Shown in pieces: positions 11,281 to 23,050 of a DNA stretch of 64,000 nucleotides. Source of the DNA: Octopus sinensis (Eukaryota); contig NC_043023.1 in assembly GCF_006345805.1 (NCBI RefSeq), positions 5,890,001 to 5,954,000 of the forward strand. The letters are read 5' to 3'. The notes under the pieces are model-generated. The model did not search any database, was not told where the DNA came from, and saw nothing but the letters and a program-made list of their open reading frames with translations. Position numbers and translations under genes: made by a program. Position 1 is the first letter of the stretch, and each line of letters begins with the position of its first letter.

Positions 11281-14210
11281 ATAATAATAATAATAATAAT
11301 AATAATTGTGTACAGTGCTCAGGTGCACTACAACTCATCTAAAGTGTATATATAATCAGGTGTAGTTTCGGCGGATTTCGGAAAGCATGAGGGCCTTAAA
11401 AGATGCAGTGTCATGGCAGTCAACAACTGACGCAGGCAGTTTATTCCATGCTTCAGCAACTCTGAGCGTGAAAAAATGTTTCCGAAAGTCATGGGAGCTG
11501 TATTGTTTTCTGACTTTGTAGGCATGTCCACGTGTGTTAGACACATGGAGATCAAAAAGGTGTTCAGTGTTGTTGTTGGTGAGGTGGTTGATAACTTTGT
11601 GGGTGTTTACCAAGTCCGTCGCCAAACGCCGGAGCTTCAGTGAATCCATGCCCAGGGAAACAAGGCGCTCAGAATATGGTAGGTGTCTGATGGAGGGTAT
11701 GCGTTTGGTTGCACGTCTCTGGACAGATTCCAGGAGGTCAATGTTCTGTGCAAGATAGGGGTTCCAAACTGATGATGCGAATTCCAAGTGTGGTCGTACC
11801 ATAGCTGTATACAGTTTTAAATAGATGGCTGGAGAGCGGCTAACAAAAGACCTGCTGAGTGATGCCAAGACACCCTCGGCCTTCCTGACAATCTTAGAGA
11901 TATGCTTTGACCAACGCAAATCACTGCTGACAGTGATGCCTAGGTCACGCTCGCAAGAGGATTTCTTGATATCAGTGTTGTGGAGGGAGTATGTGAACGC
12001 AGGGTTTTTTCTCCCAAAATGCATGGTGGTACACTTGTCCACAGCCAGTTTCAGTTGCCAGTCTGTGATCCATTGCTGCATTGTGTCTAGGTCTGATTGC
12101 AGGAAAGAGTTGTAGACATCAGGATCTGTCCTCTTGATTTCAAGGTACAGCTTGATGTCGTCTGCATATTTCAATACTGTGGCATTCTTTAAATTGGCAT
12201 CTATGTCGTTAATGTATGCCACAAACAAGAGGGGACCAAGGACAGATCCCTGTGGTACACCCGATGACATCTCATATGGTGTAGAGTGCTGTCCTAGAAC
12301 TGTGACTACCTCCTTTCGGCTGAGGATGAAGGATTTCAACCAGTTAAAAAGGTCATCCCCCACACCCATTGCAGAGAGTTTCACCATAAGCCTTTTGTGT
12401 GGCACAGAGTTGAAAGCCTTAGCAAAGTCAAGGTAGACAACATCCACCCATGAGCCACTGTCAGTAATCTGAGTAATGTCCTCAAGGAACTCGACAAGCT
12501 GGTCACTGCAGCTGGAGTTAGGGACAAATCCATATTGTGAGGGTCGGATGAGACTGTGAGAGCTCCAGAAGTTCCAGAGTGTTTCTCTGACACACGATTC
12601 CATCAGTTTTGCAATACAGCTAGTGAGACTGACTGGGCGATAGTTGACAGGTGATGTGCGGTCGCCCTTTTTGAACAGAGGAATGACACTGGCAGTTTTC
12701 CACTGCTCCGGAGTAGCACCATTGTTGAGACAGTACTGGAAGAAAATAGAAAGCTGGTGTAAAAGGAAGTGCCTGCCACGTTTGAGAAGCAGGTATGTAA
12801 CTCCATCGAGACCAGGGGAGGCATAGTTGCGCTTATTTTGAAGGTGACGTCGCAGCATTGCAGGTGTAAATTCCATAGTTGTTATGGAGTTTGCTGTTAG
12901 TGATGGTGAAGATGGTACATTTTGACTTTCAACAGTGAATATGTTTGCATAGCACTCGGCAATGAGTTCTGCGCATTCCTTGGGGTCGTCAGTGATCTGG
13001 TTTGTGTGAGGGTTGCGAAGAGGGCCCACTGGAGAGTGAGGTCTCTGCTTTGAGTGCACATATTTCCAGAAAACCTTGCTGTCAGGATTGGCTGCTATGC
13101 ACTGTTCAAATTCAAGCACTGCTTTTTTTGTCACTTGCTTGAGATGGTTGGAGGATTTATTCCGCTTCTTCCTGTTGGTGTCTGATTTATGCAACTTGTA
13201 TTCCCGTTCAGCAGTCCGACGTTCCTTCCTGGCAAGTCGGACCGCTGAAGTTTCCCAAATTGCCCTTTTGGGGCGGTTCTTCTTTTTTTGTTTACGTGGC
13301 ACTGATGCTGCACATGCTGCCCATATTGAGTCCAGGATACTCTGGAGTATAGTATTCACATCTCCAGAGTTGTAGAATTCACGCCAGTTTGGGTGCTGTA
13401 GTTCAGTGTGGTACAGGTTCCAATCTGCTCTCTTCCAATCGAAGGAAGCAGATTGGAGATGGTTCAGGTTTTTGTTGCCCGCAAGAGCCAGATTGGCGAT
13501 GATCATAGCATGATCAGAGTCACCTAGAGGTTCCTCCGTAGTGCAATTGATAACCGCTTCAGGAGTTGTGGTGAAGAGCAGGTCCAAGGTGTTGTCGCCT
13601 CTTGTTGGAGAGGTGACTACTTGTGACCAGTTTGAGTCCAGCACAAGCTCAACAAAATCGTTTGCACTCTGTGGCCAATGGAAGGTCTCCCAATCGAACT
13701 CAGGATGATTGAAATCGCCTGCAATAAACACATAAGTGGCTGTTTTCCTGGCAGCAGCTTGGAGGACATTGCAAAGCTGTGTGTCCCGATGGTAACTTGG
13801 GGGACGATAAACAACGCCAAGCAGGAGTGTTGACATGGTCATACGCACGTCACAGAAAAAAAACTTCTTCTTGTGATTCGTTCAAATCGGCACAAGGAAT
13901 TACCAAAAAATTTGAACGAACGTAGACCATCACACCACCACCACGGGGGTTAGTGCGGTCCTTACGGAAGAGGTTGTACCCCGTAATGTTGAAAACCCCA
14001 TCACAGAGTAAGGAATGCGCCCATGTTTCCGTGACAGTGATGAAGTCAGGGTCAACACTTCTGACGTAGGCGTTGAACAAATGTATTTTGTTGCATAAAC
14101 TGCGAGCATTTAAGGACAACAATTTGTACCCTGCTCGCAGTTTATGATGGTGTGTAGAGGATGGCAGGTTGTTCTGGCTTAGTTTCCCTGAGTTGCTGTA
14201 GTCTTTTTAG
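11281..14210 (-). mobile_element. CR1/Jockey-group LINE, ORF2 (APE + RT) nearly intact, no ORF1 seen
   Basis: SLNARS, TETW, GDFN, YRPVSLTS, DFAKAF, GVPQGSVLGP, YADD motifs. One +1 frameshift in the A8 run at 13856-13863; (ATT)n 3' tail at ~11281-11306. Confidence 0.95.
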
Positions 14211-14714
14211 TTATTGTGGGTAGAGTGTTGTTGTTGTTGGTGATGGTGACGGTGGTGGTGACTGTTGTAGTTGGAGGTGGTGGGTGCTGTGGTGATTATT
14301 GCAGTGGTTATTGTAGAACATTGTTGCAATGTGTATATTATGTGTGATGGTGTACGGTAGTATGTATGCATGTGTATATATGTATATTTATATATCTCTC
14401 TCTCTATCTGTTCAGTTGAAGTCGACTCTCGGTCACTCGTTGGATCAGTGTCCTCCAGTCAGTTCTATCCTGGGCCGCTTCCTTCAGACTGGCCATGACC
14501 ATTCCGGTATCACTCCTGATGGTGTGAAGCCATATATTTATAATAGAAATATTAAAATTACTAAGTCTCTCTAAAGGAGATTACAGCAGCGTTACTGGAA
14601 ATTAATAGTTATCAAATAGCTAGCTTGAGGCGGTGGCCTCTTGGAGCTAATCAGTGACAGCTTTAGTCTTATATTTATAAGACTGCCATATAAATATGGC
14701 GATAACTATTAATT

Positions 14715-14754
<40 letters not shown>

Positions 14755-15330
14755 CATATATGTATTATCACTCAGTTGTTCATAAGTCCACAAAAACCTA
14801 CACTCTAAAACATTTTTTGGGCAGTAGTGTTTTGTGTAGTCCTTGATTATGGCCAGTCAGAAAGTGACCATAGGTTTCATGTCTGTTATCACTCTTAGTC
14901 CAAGCAAAATAAGCTGCTCATCAGATATGCTGACCAGAGGCACTTAACCTCTAAACTTACGGTGGTGAGAATACAGTCTTGGTCAGCAAGGTAGTGAAAA
15001 GAAAAACACTGAGATGAAATTTAATGTGAAAATCCCTTCCGGGATAGACACAGACCTCTCCCTTTGAACAGGTCCACTTGTCTCTTTCAAAGGGAGATAA
15101 ATCCATCTCTCCCAGTAACGGTTTTTACTCTTTATTCTTTTACTTGTTTCAGTCATTTGACTGCGGCCATGCTGGAGCACCGCCTTTAATCGAGCAACTC
15201 GATCCCGGGACTTATTCTTTTGTAAGCCCAGTACTTATTCTATCGGTCTCTTTTGACGAACCGCTAAGTAACGGGGGCATAAACACACCAGCATCAGTTG
15301 TCAAGCAATGCTAGGGGACAAACACAAACA

Positions 15331-15392
<62 letters not shown>

Positions 15393-15982
15393 CATATATA
15401 CGACGAGCTTCTTTCAGTTTCCGTCTACCAAATCCACTCACAAGGCTTTGGTCGGCCCGAGGCTATAGTAGAAGACACTTGCCCAAGGTGCCACACCATG
15501 GGACTGAACCCGGAACCTGTGGTTGGTTTTTGCTAAGAATTTTTTTTTTCACAACCTGTATTCACAACCTTGTGCCTCCTGCCAGTGGGTCTGATGAGTC
15601 ACCTATATTGCTAGGAGCAATAACAGATGTAAAATCAATAATCACTTACTGATCAGCCATAACCAACTACATAATATAAATATAAATCTATAGTTAGATA
15701 TATTTAATGAGAATATTATATACAGAATTTATATTGAGTGCTCAATTGTATCAAAGTATTTATACTATTAAAGTATTTATGTATTTGATACGAGCAATTA
15801 TAAATATTTTATAATATACTATTATTAATATCAGGAAATCAATATTAGAAAATTCTTCAGAAAGATATATACGTGTGTAAATTAATTGTTGTATTAAAAA
15901 TATAAATATATGTAAATATGTATAAGTATGAATATGTGATTATAAATATGACGGTTTAAAAGTTTTGAATTAAGTTTTTAAA

Positions 15983-16076
15983 GCATCTTAACGATCGTTT
16001 CACTGAAGTGCTGTCCCTACAATAGAATCCTATATTGATAAGCATTTATAGACAACTCTTCTGCTCTTCAGAGATA
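15983..16076 (-). ncRNA. Degenerate inverted copy of the 16446 hammerhead
   Basis: Same core, with a stem II mismatch (CTTCAGT) and an extra T at the cleavage triplet (GTTA). Confidence 0.6.
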
Positions 16077-16445
16077 TAAAATTTGAATTTTGTAAAATAT
16101 ATCAAATGGTAGTTTTTTAAAAATATGAAGTAATACTATAAAATGGTGTTTGTTTGAAATATAAATTAAAAATTACTGCTTTTGATTTTAGTAAATACAC
16201 TTTAGTATGAGAGTATTTAAATCCATATATGCTTCCTTGGTTAGTCTTCTGTAATAATCCATAATAGTTATGTGTAAAATCAATTATATTGTCTTGTATT
16301 CCAAATTAGACTTAGATAATATAGAATAATGGAATCCTATACTGATAAGCATTTATAGATAACTCTTCTGCTCTTCAGTAATATCAAATGTGAAACTTGT
16401 ATAATTCAGCAAATGGTAGTTTTTTTTTTTAATTATGAAGTAATA

Positions 16446-16537
16446 TATCTCTGAAGAGCAGAAGAGTTGTCTATAAATGCTTATCAATATAGGATTCTAT
16501 TGTAGGGACAGCACTTCTGTGAAACGATCGTAAGATA
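16446..16537 (+). ncRNA. Type I minimal hammerhead ribozyme, canonical core, long loop II
   Basis: TATCT-CTGAAGA-GCAGAAG(..)CTTCTGT-GAAAC-GATC-GTA^AGATA; predicted cut after 16532. Confidence 0.8.
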
Positions 16538-16726
16538 CTTTAAAAACTTAATTCAAAACTTTTAAACTGTCATATATATTATTATATATTTATATTTATA
16601 CATATTTACAAATATTTTTTATTTGTATTTATATTCTTAATACAACAATTATTCTACACACGTATATATCTTTCTGAAGAATTTTCTATATTGATTTCCT
16701 GATATTAATAATAATATATTATAAAA

Positions 16727-16770
<44 letters not shown>

Positions 16771-16913
16771 TAATTAGAGACAAAACCACTATTAGGCAAA
16801 TCAATATTTGCCTAATAGTGGTTTTGTCTCTAATTTAATATATTTTACTATATAATTGGATTCAATCCTAAATCTGATTTTTCCCTGTAAGTTTGGATTT
16901 ATTCCCTAATATT

Positions 16914-16986
<73 letters not shown>

Positions 16987-17051
16987 TATACAAACAAGTG
17001 AGTGGACAAATGAAAGAAGGTCACTCAACCAATTTATTGGGAGTTACACAT

Positions 17052-17213
17052 ATGAATCAAAACAGTTTAATTCAAATTTATTGGTAGTCTGGAGTTTCAA
17101 GCATGATGCTAGTCATCAGTCATTTTGAATTTGAATACAAAATGGCTGACAACTAGCATCATGCTTGAAACTCAAGAGTACCAATGAATTTGAATCAAAC
17201 TGTTTTGATTCAT
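17052..17213. repeat. Palindrome, ~75-bp arms, hammerhead-like remnants in both arms
   Basis: atgaatcaaaacag...gcatgatgctag versus ctagcatcatgc...ctgttttgattcat. Confidence 0.85.
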
Positions 17214-17332
17214 TATATATATATATATATATATAATATATATATGATAGTAGGGAATATAATTCAAAAAATTACAGGGAAAAATTCAATTTAACAATTT
17301 TAAATCAAATTTCACAATATATAATATATGTA

Positions 17333-17560
17333 TATAATTTAGAGAAAAACCTCTATTAAACAATTCAATAATGAAAGATGTTATTCACACCATATAGAAA
17401 ACATATACTATAAAAAAAAATGATTTTAAAAATCAATAAATACAGTAAATACTTTATTGATTTTTAGAATAAGTTTTTTTTTATAGTATATGCTTTCTAT
17501 ATGGTGTGAATAACATCTTTCTTTATTGAATTGTTTAATAGTGGTTTTTCTCTCAATTAT
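17333..17560. repeat. AT-rich palindrome, ~105-bp arms
   Basis: gaaagatgttattcacaccatatagaaa versus tttctatatggtgtgaataacatctttc. Confidence 0.85.
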
Positions 17561-17882
17561 ATACATACATACATACATATATCACTGTGACCGACCAGGC
17601 TATCAGATGTTGATTCACATCGCTGGTCACAATGCGCTTCGCAGTGTTTTAGCCTTCAAATGACACCACCCCACTGGGTGAAGCGAGCAGGCCAACAGAG
17701 GAAAGAGTGAGAGAAAGTTGTGATGAAAGAGTACAGCAGGGATCACCACCATCCCCTGCCAGAGCCTCGTGGAGCTTTAGGTGTTTTCGCTCAATAAACA
17801 CTCACAACGGCCGGTCTGGGAATCGAAACCGCAATCCTACAACCGCGAGTCCGCTGCCCTAACCACTGGGCCATTGCGCCTC

Positions 17883-17975
<93 letters not shown>

Positions 17976-18080
17976 TAAATAATGAGGGAGATAAATTGAA
18001 TATTAATTTAATTAATATCAATTTAAAACCAGTAGCCTAGCATACAAAAATCTGAAAAATCAGAGAAAATTCTAATACAT

Positions 18081-18355
18081 GTGTATATTTGGAGGGCAAA
18101 ACCACTAGGTGGTCGGCCGTATGCTAGAAGTAAATCACCTACGATCAAACTACAAAGAAAAGAATGTTCTCTAGAGGAAAATTCAGCGGACAACAGAACG
18201 AAATGCGGGCAAGACAGATGAAGATTAAATAAAAAAGCCAGAATGACTCACAGACCGGCATTCCTCTAGAGAACATTCCTTTCTTTGTAGTTTGATTATA
18301 GGTTATCTACTTCTAGCATACGGCCGACCACCTAGTGGTTTTGCCCTTCAAATAT

Positions 18356-18359
<4 letters not shown>
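18081..18359. repeat. MITE-like inverted repeat, ~100-bp arms, ~80-bp spacer
   Basis: gggcaaaaccactaggtggtcggccgtatgctagaag versus cttctagcatacggccgaccacctagtggttttgccc. Confidence 0.85.
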
Positions 18360-18412
<53 letters not shown>

Positions 18413-18414
<2 letters not shown>

Positions 18415-18623
18415 GTAATAAATAAATATGCATACATACAAACATATATGTACGTACCGACATCTACATGTATATATACATGCATATATAAATATATATA
18501 CGTACAGGACATCACAGGAAGACGTCCTGTACGTATATATATTTATATATGCATTTATATATACATGTCGATGTCGGTACGTACATATATGTTTGTATGT
18601 ATGCATTTATTTTATTTATTACA
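18413..18623. repeat. Palindrome, ~100-bp arms; a single arm recurs at ~54180-54290
   Basis: Centred on tacgtacaggac-(13 nt)-gtcctgtacgta. Confidence 0.85.
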
Positions 18624-18728
18624 CTATTGTCTGACAGCGCTTCGCGTCGAGTTCGTTTGAATTTTCGATTTTTCGAATTCTCACTTCGTTCCGTCTCTTC
18701 CTCCTTGTCCGTTTTTACAGTTTATATG

Positions 18729-18774
<46 letters not shown>

Positions 18775-19014
18775 CTGGATATTATGTGTTTGTTGATGAA
18801 AAATGTTTTAGCTGTGACCATTCCATGTTTTCCCATGTGATTGTTCTTCCTTTTCTTCTCTTTTTGAAGGAGATATTGCTATTATTTCAAGCATGTCAAG
18901 CAGCCACGTGGAAGTTGTCTTGTTAGATCATAGTCTTTCATTGACACTGCTGTTGTTGTTGTTGTTGTTATTGATGATGATAATGATGATGATGATGTTG
19001 TTTTTTTCTTTCAG

Positions 19015-19543
19015 TCATGATGACAGTAGCATCCACAAGAGCCGCAGCAACATGAGTGTGACAGACGGGGCACCAAGTCCCGGCAAGGATCAGTACCTTC
19101 CACCCAGGTACGAGGACCAACCCTACAGCCAAACCTACGACCCCAACTACGATGATTATCGTCACCCTAATTATGAGAACTACAGCTCTGACCCTGCAGA
19201 GAACATCAAAGGAGACCAATACTATGGTGACGGTGCCGAGGGTTACTACCCTGAGGGCACTGAAGGTTACTATGGGGACGGTTACAATGCTGAAGGTTAC
19301 AATGCTGAAGGTTACTATGATGATGGTTACTATGGTAACGATTACTATGGGGATGACTCCAATAACTATGGTACTTATGATGATGGTGCCTATGAGGATT
19401 ACCAGCGCAAACGGCAGAGTGGCCTCTCCAATACTGGGGCCAATGATGTCCCCCTTAAGTTTACAAGTTCTAGTATGAATGATGATAAGAAAGACGATGG
19501 CTCTGGAGGGACAGGACATAATGCAATGACCACTTTTGTTTAA
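19015..19543 (+). CDS. Terminal coding exon of a probable L1/neuroglian-like cytoplasmic tail: 175 aa, Tyr/Gly/Asp-rich, C-terminal TTFV
   Basis: ttttttctttcag acceptor, phase 2, stop-free to TAA with non-microsatellite codon usage. YGDG motif and S/T-x-V PDZ ligand resemble neuroglian/SAX-7 tails; no FIGQY. Confidence 0.8.
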
Positions 19544-19759
19544 ACATCAGGGGTGGAGAGCATCAGTGGTGGAGAATATTAATGTGCCTTGAGGGGGTGA
19601 GTAATCAGTGTGGCAAATAGCACCCTCATGTCTTACTCCACACTCCCCAGCCCAATTGTCCCTTTATGTCCCTTTGCCCTCATCTGCTATTTTCTAATTA
19701 CCCCTTCTCTTTCCCACCACCATCTAAGTCTCTCTTTCTTTTTTTACCTCAATCTCTGT

Positions 19760-19843
<84 letters not shown>

Positions 19844-19998
19844 GTACTTCAACGCAATCATCTGCACACATGCATATGACCCTGTGGTTAGGGTACTGCA
19901 CTCACAATTTAGCAATCATGATTTCAATTCCTAGACAAGGCGGTGCATTGCTTTTTGAGCAAAACACTTCATCTCTGATCTGTGTGCCTTGAGAGGAT

Positions 19999-20215
19999 GA
20001 GTGGGCAGCCCAACTTTCCCTTAACATCCCCTTGCTTTCATCTGATCTTTTCTAAATACCCTTCCCTTTGTAGGTGGGCAGCCCAAATTTCCTTTAACAT
20101 CCCCTTGCTTTCATCTGATCTTTTCTAAATACCCTTCCCTTGTGAGTGGGCAGCCCAAATTTCCCTTAACATCCCCTTGCTTTCATCTGATCTTTTCTAA
20201 ATATCCCTCCCTTTC
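19999..20215. repeat. Three tandem 72-73-bp units; diverged copy at ~19655-19760
   Basis: gtgggcagccc at 20001, 20074 and 20146. Confidence 0.85.
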
Positions 20216-20338
20216 TCACCACCATCCAAGTCTCACTTTCTTTTATATCTCTATCTGTGCACAAACATCCAGACACACACACACATACATACATAAACAC
20301 AATCATATGCATATGCACACACATGTAATATACAGTTC

Positions 20339-20570
20339 AGGCGGCGAGCTGGCAGAAACGTTAGCGTGCCGGGTGAAATGCTTAGCGGTATTTCGTGTGT
20401 CGTTACGTTCTGAGTTCAAATTCCGCCGAGGTCGACTTTGCCTTTCATCCTTTCGGGGTCGATAAATAAAGTACCAGTTTCGCACTGGGGTCGATGTAAT
20501 CGACTTAATCCCTTTGTCTGTTCTTGTTTGTCCCCTCTAATATTTAGCCCCTTGTGAGCAGCAAAGAAAT
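20339..20570 (+). mobile_element. SINE family 2 (tRNA-like head, Meta/Nin-like central domain); further copies at 38598-38830, 38965-39200, 40951-41182(-), 41199-41428(-) and decayed ones at 22620, 23080, 28040-28720, 47030, 48870
   Basis: A-box TGGCAGAAACG, B-box GAGTTCAAATTCC, body GCCTTTCATCCTTTCGGGGTCGATAAA. Confidence 0.85.
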
Positions 20571-21007
20571 ATATAGTTCAGAAATGAGGTCCAGAGATTC
20601 TCCATACGGGAAGACAGTAGTACCCAAAAGGTTCTAACTTAGACTCTATTGTCTTTTGAAGGGATCATTCCACAAGGTAAAGAAAGGCTATAAGAGGGAT
20701 CAAATTGAGGGGACATAAAGGCAATTATATGGATAAACAAATTAGACTCATCAGATCTCTTACTCTTTTACTTGTTTGTCATTTGACTGTGGCCATGCTG
20801 GAGCACCGCATTTAGTCAAGCAAATCGACCCCAGGACTTATTTTTTTGTAAGCCTATGACTTATTCTATCAGTCTCTTTTGCCGAACAGCTAAGTTATGG
20901 GGACGTAAACACCAGCATTGGTTGTCAAGCGATGTTGTGGGGAACAAACACAAACACACAAACACATACACGCACATACATACACTTGTACATACATATA
21001 TATATAC

Positions 21008-21042
<35 letters not shown>

Positions 21043-21307
21043 TACATGGTGGGCTTCTTTCAGTTTCCGTCTACCAAATACTCTCACAAAGCTTTGGTCG
21101 GCCTGAGGCTATAGTAGAAGACACTTGCAGAAGGTGCCACGCTGTGGGACTGAACCCGGAACTATGAGGTTCATTAGCAAGCTACATACCACACAGCCAC
21201 TCCAACGCCTATATCAAATACATCAGAAACAAAATATGTATATATGTTTACATGCCAAATGAGAGAAATCCAGAGGTGGAAACCTTTAGATGAATTTTTA
21301 TGCATAA

Positions 21308-21713
21308 ACTAGCAGTATCGCCCGGCGTTGCTCGGGTTTGTAAGGGAAATAACTATAAAGCATTTTTAGAGAGTTATAGCCAAGAAATAGCAAAAAAAAT
21401 GCATTAAAAATGGAAAAAATATGATGGTAAATTTTTTTTTAAATCGTAGACTCATCGTAGACATTTTTAGAGAGTTACTTCCCTTATATAAACCGAGCGA
21501 AAATGCATTAAAAATACGGAAAAATGATGGTAAATTTTTTTTTAAATCATAGACTCATCGTAGACGCGCGCTAATACCCAGAAGGGCTCGATATGAATCA
21601 CGACTATAAGATACCCGGTTTTGGTTAAACTGCACCGCAAAATGTGGGAGTAGTTAGGAATCTAAATTGAAGGGGACAGACACTCACACAACTACAGTTT
21701 TATATATATAGAT
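21308..21713 (+). mobile_element. Helentron/Helitron-like non-autonomous element with ~100-bp internal duplication
   Basis: 5' ACTAGC...CCCGGCGTTGCTCGGG hairpin and 3' TTTTATATATATAGAT; same family at 6036-6348. Confidence 0.6.
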
Positions 21714-22750
21714 ATATAAATTTTTATACTAATGGATCCAACTTACTCAAAGTGTAAAAGACAGAGATATATGAGGTGTCGAATTTGTTTATATGCATAA
21801 TTGTCTGTCTGTCTGTTTTGTCTCTCTCTCTCTCTCTTTGGCACCTCTTTCAGTACCTCACCCACCCCAAAATTCTCTGCTTCCATCCATCCCTCTACCC
21901 CTTCACACACACTATCTTACCCTATGTCCACTCTTGCTTCTCACTCTCCACTCTCCCCCACCACACACAAACCACCACCACCCCCTTATGGACAAATGCC
22001 CTCCTCTCCACCTCTTCCATTCCCTCTCCCTCATCTTTGTAAATGTGTAAATAGGTTCATTCGTCATTTTTATTTTATACATTCTAGCCTACACAGACAG
22101 ATATACATACATATATATATACACACACACTATGCACATGTATAATACATATATGCATTATATATGTCCCCTTCAGTTTTTCAGCGGTGGTGCCCCAGCA
22201 TGGCCGCAGCCTTCGAGCTAAAACATTTTTAAGGATTTAAGGATTATATATAGACGTGTGTGTATGTGTGAATATATATATATATATATATGTGTGTGTG
22301 TTTCTGCACACATGTATATACGCATATACACAGTATATGTATATATATTAAATGTTGGACTGCTTATATATCTCAATATTATAAAATTACTATCACTATT
22401 ACTACGCCCCATTTATATGAAACTAAACTGTTATATACACACATATGTATTGTGTGTATATATACACATACATATATTTTTACACCTATGTTTTCTAATG
22501 TTTTTATGATTTTTATATACGCATATTTTGACATACAATAGTGTAAAGTGCAGAAGTGCCTAAAGTCAGACATTATTATTATTATTATTATTATTACTAT
22601 TATTATTATTATTATTATTGCCTTTCATCCTTTTGGGGTCGATAAATAAAGTACCAGTTTCCAGCTGGAGTTGATGTAATCGACTTAATCCCTTTGTCTG
22701 TCCTTGTTTGTCCCCTCTATGTTTAGCCCCTTGTGGTTAGTAAAGAAATG

Positions 22751-22798
<48 letters not shown>

Positions 22799-22884
22799 GT
22801 GGTCAACTGTGCCTTCCATCTTTTTGATGCTGACTTACTCTTTCTCCCAAAATTACTGATTTTGTACCAAAAGTTGAAACTATT

Positions 22885-23050
22885 ATTATTTAAGATGTCG
22901 CACAATATCCAATCCCGTGATACTGTGGATTGAAGATATTGTGTCTACCAGGAGTTTGTACTCTCTATCAAATCACAACAGGGACCTCAGACAGCGCTTT
23001 ACGCAAAATGCAGGCAGTTCCAAGTAAGGCCAATTCTTGCAATACACCTA
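22885..23050 (-). mobile_element. 3' end of an R4/Dong-like RLE LINE
   Basis: QELALLGTACILRKALS matches the IALLGTxHILRRTLS terminus of 51421-53780; (TAA)n tail. Confidence 0.7.

Larger units (their letters stand above)
15802..16732. repeat. Inverted repeat (~280-bp arms, 15802-16077 / 16444-16732) with an internal direct partial duplication; PLE pseudo-LTR-like
   Basis: Arms are reverse complements and each holds a hammerhead copy; 16020-16140 is repeated directly at 16330-16445. Confidence 0.85.

Noticed and set aside
18968-19519. 183-aa hydrophobic minus-strand ORF
   Set aside because: Antisense shadow of the Tyr/Asp-rich plus-strand exon.
20570-20760. CTGATGAGTC on the minus strand as a hammerhead core
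   Set aside because: No matching stem II 3' strand followed by GAAA downstream.
22885-23050. Possible FN3 exon (GLTW-like peptide)
   Set aside because: Another frame gives the RLE LINE terminus ALLGTACILRKALS with a TAA tail.
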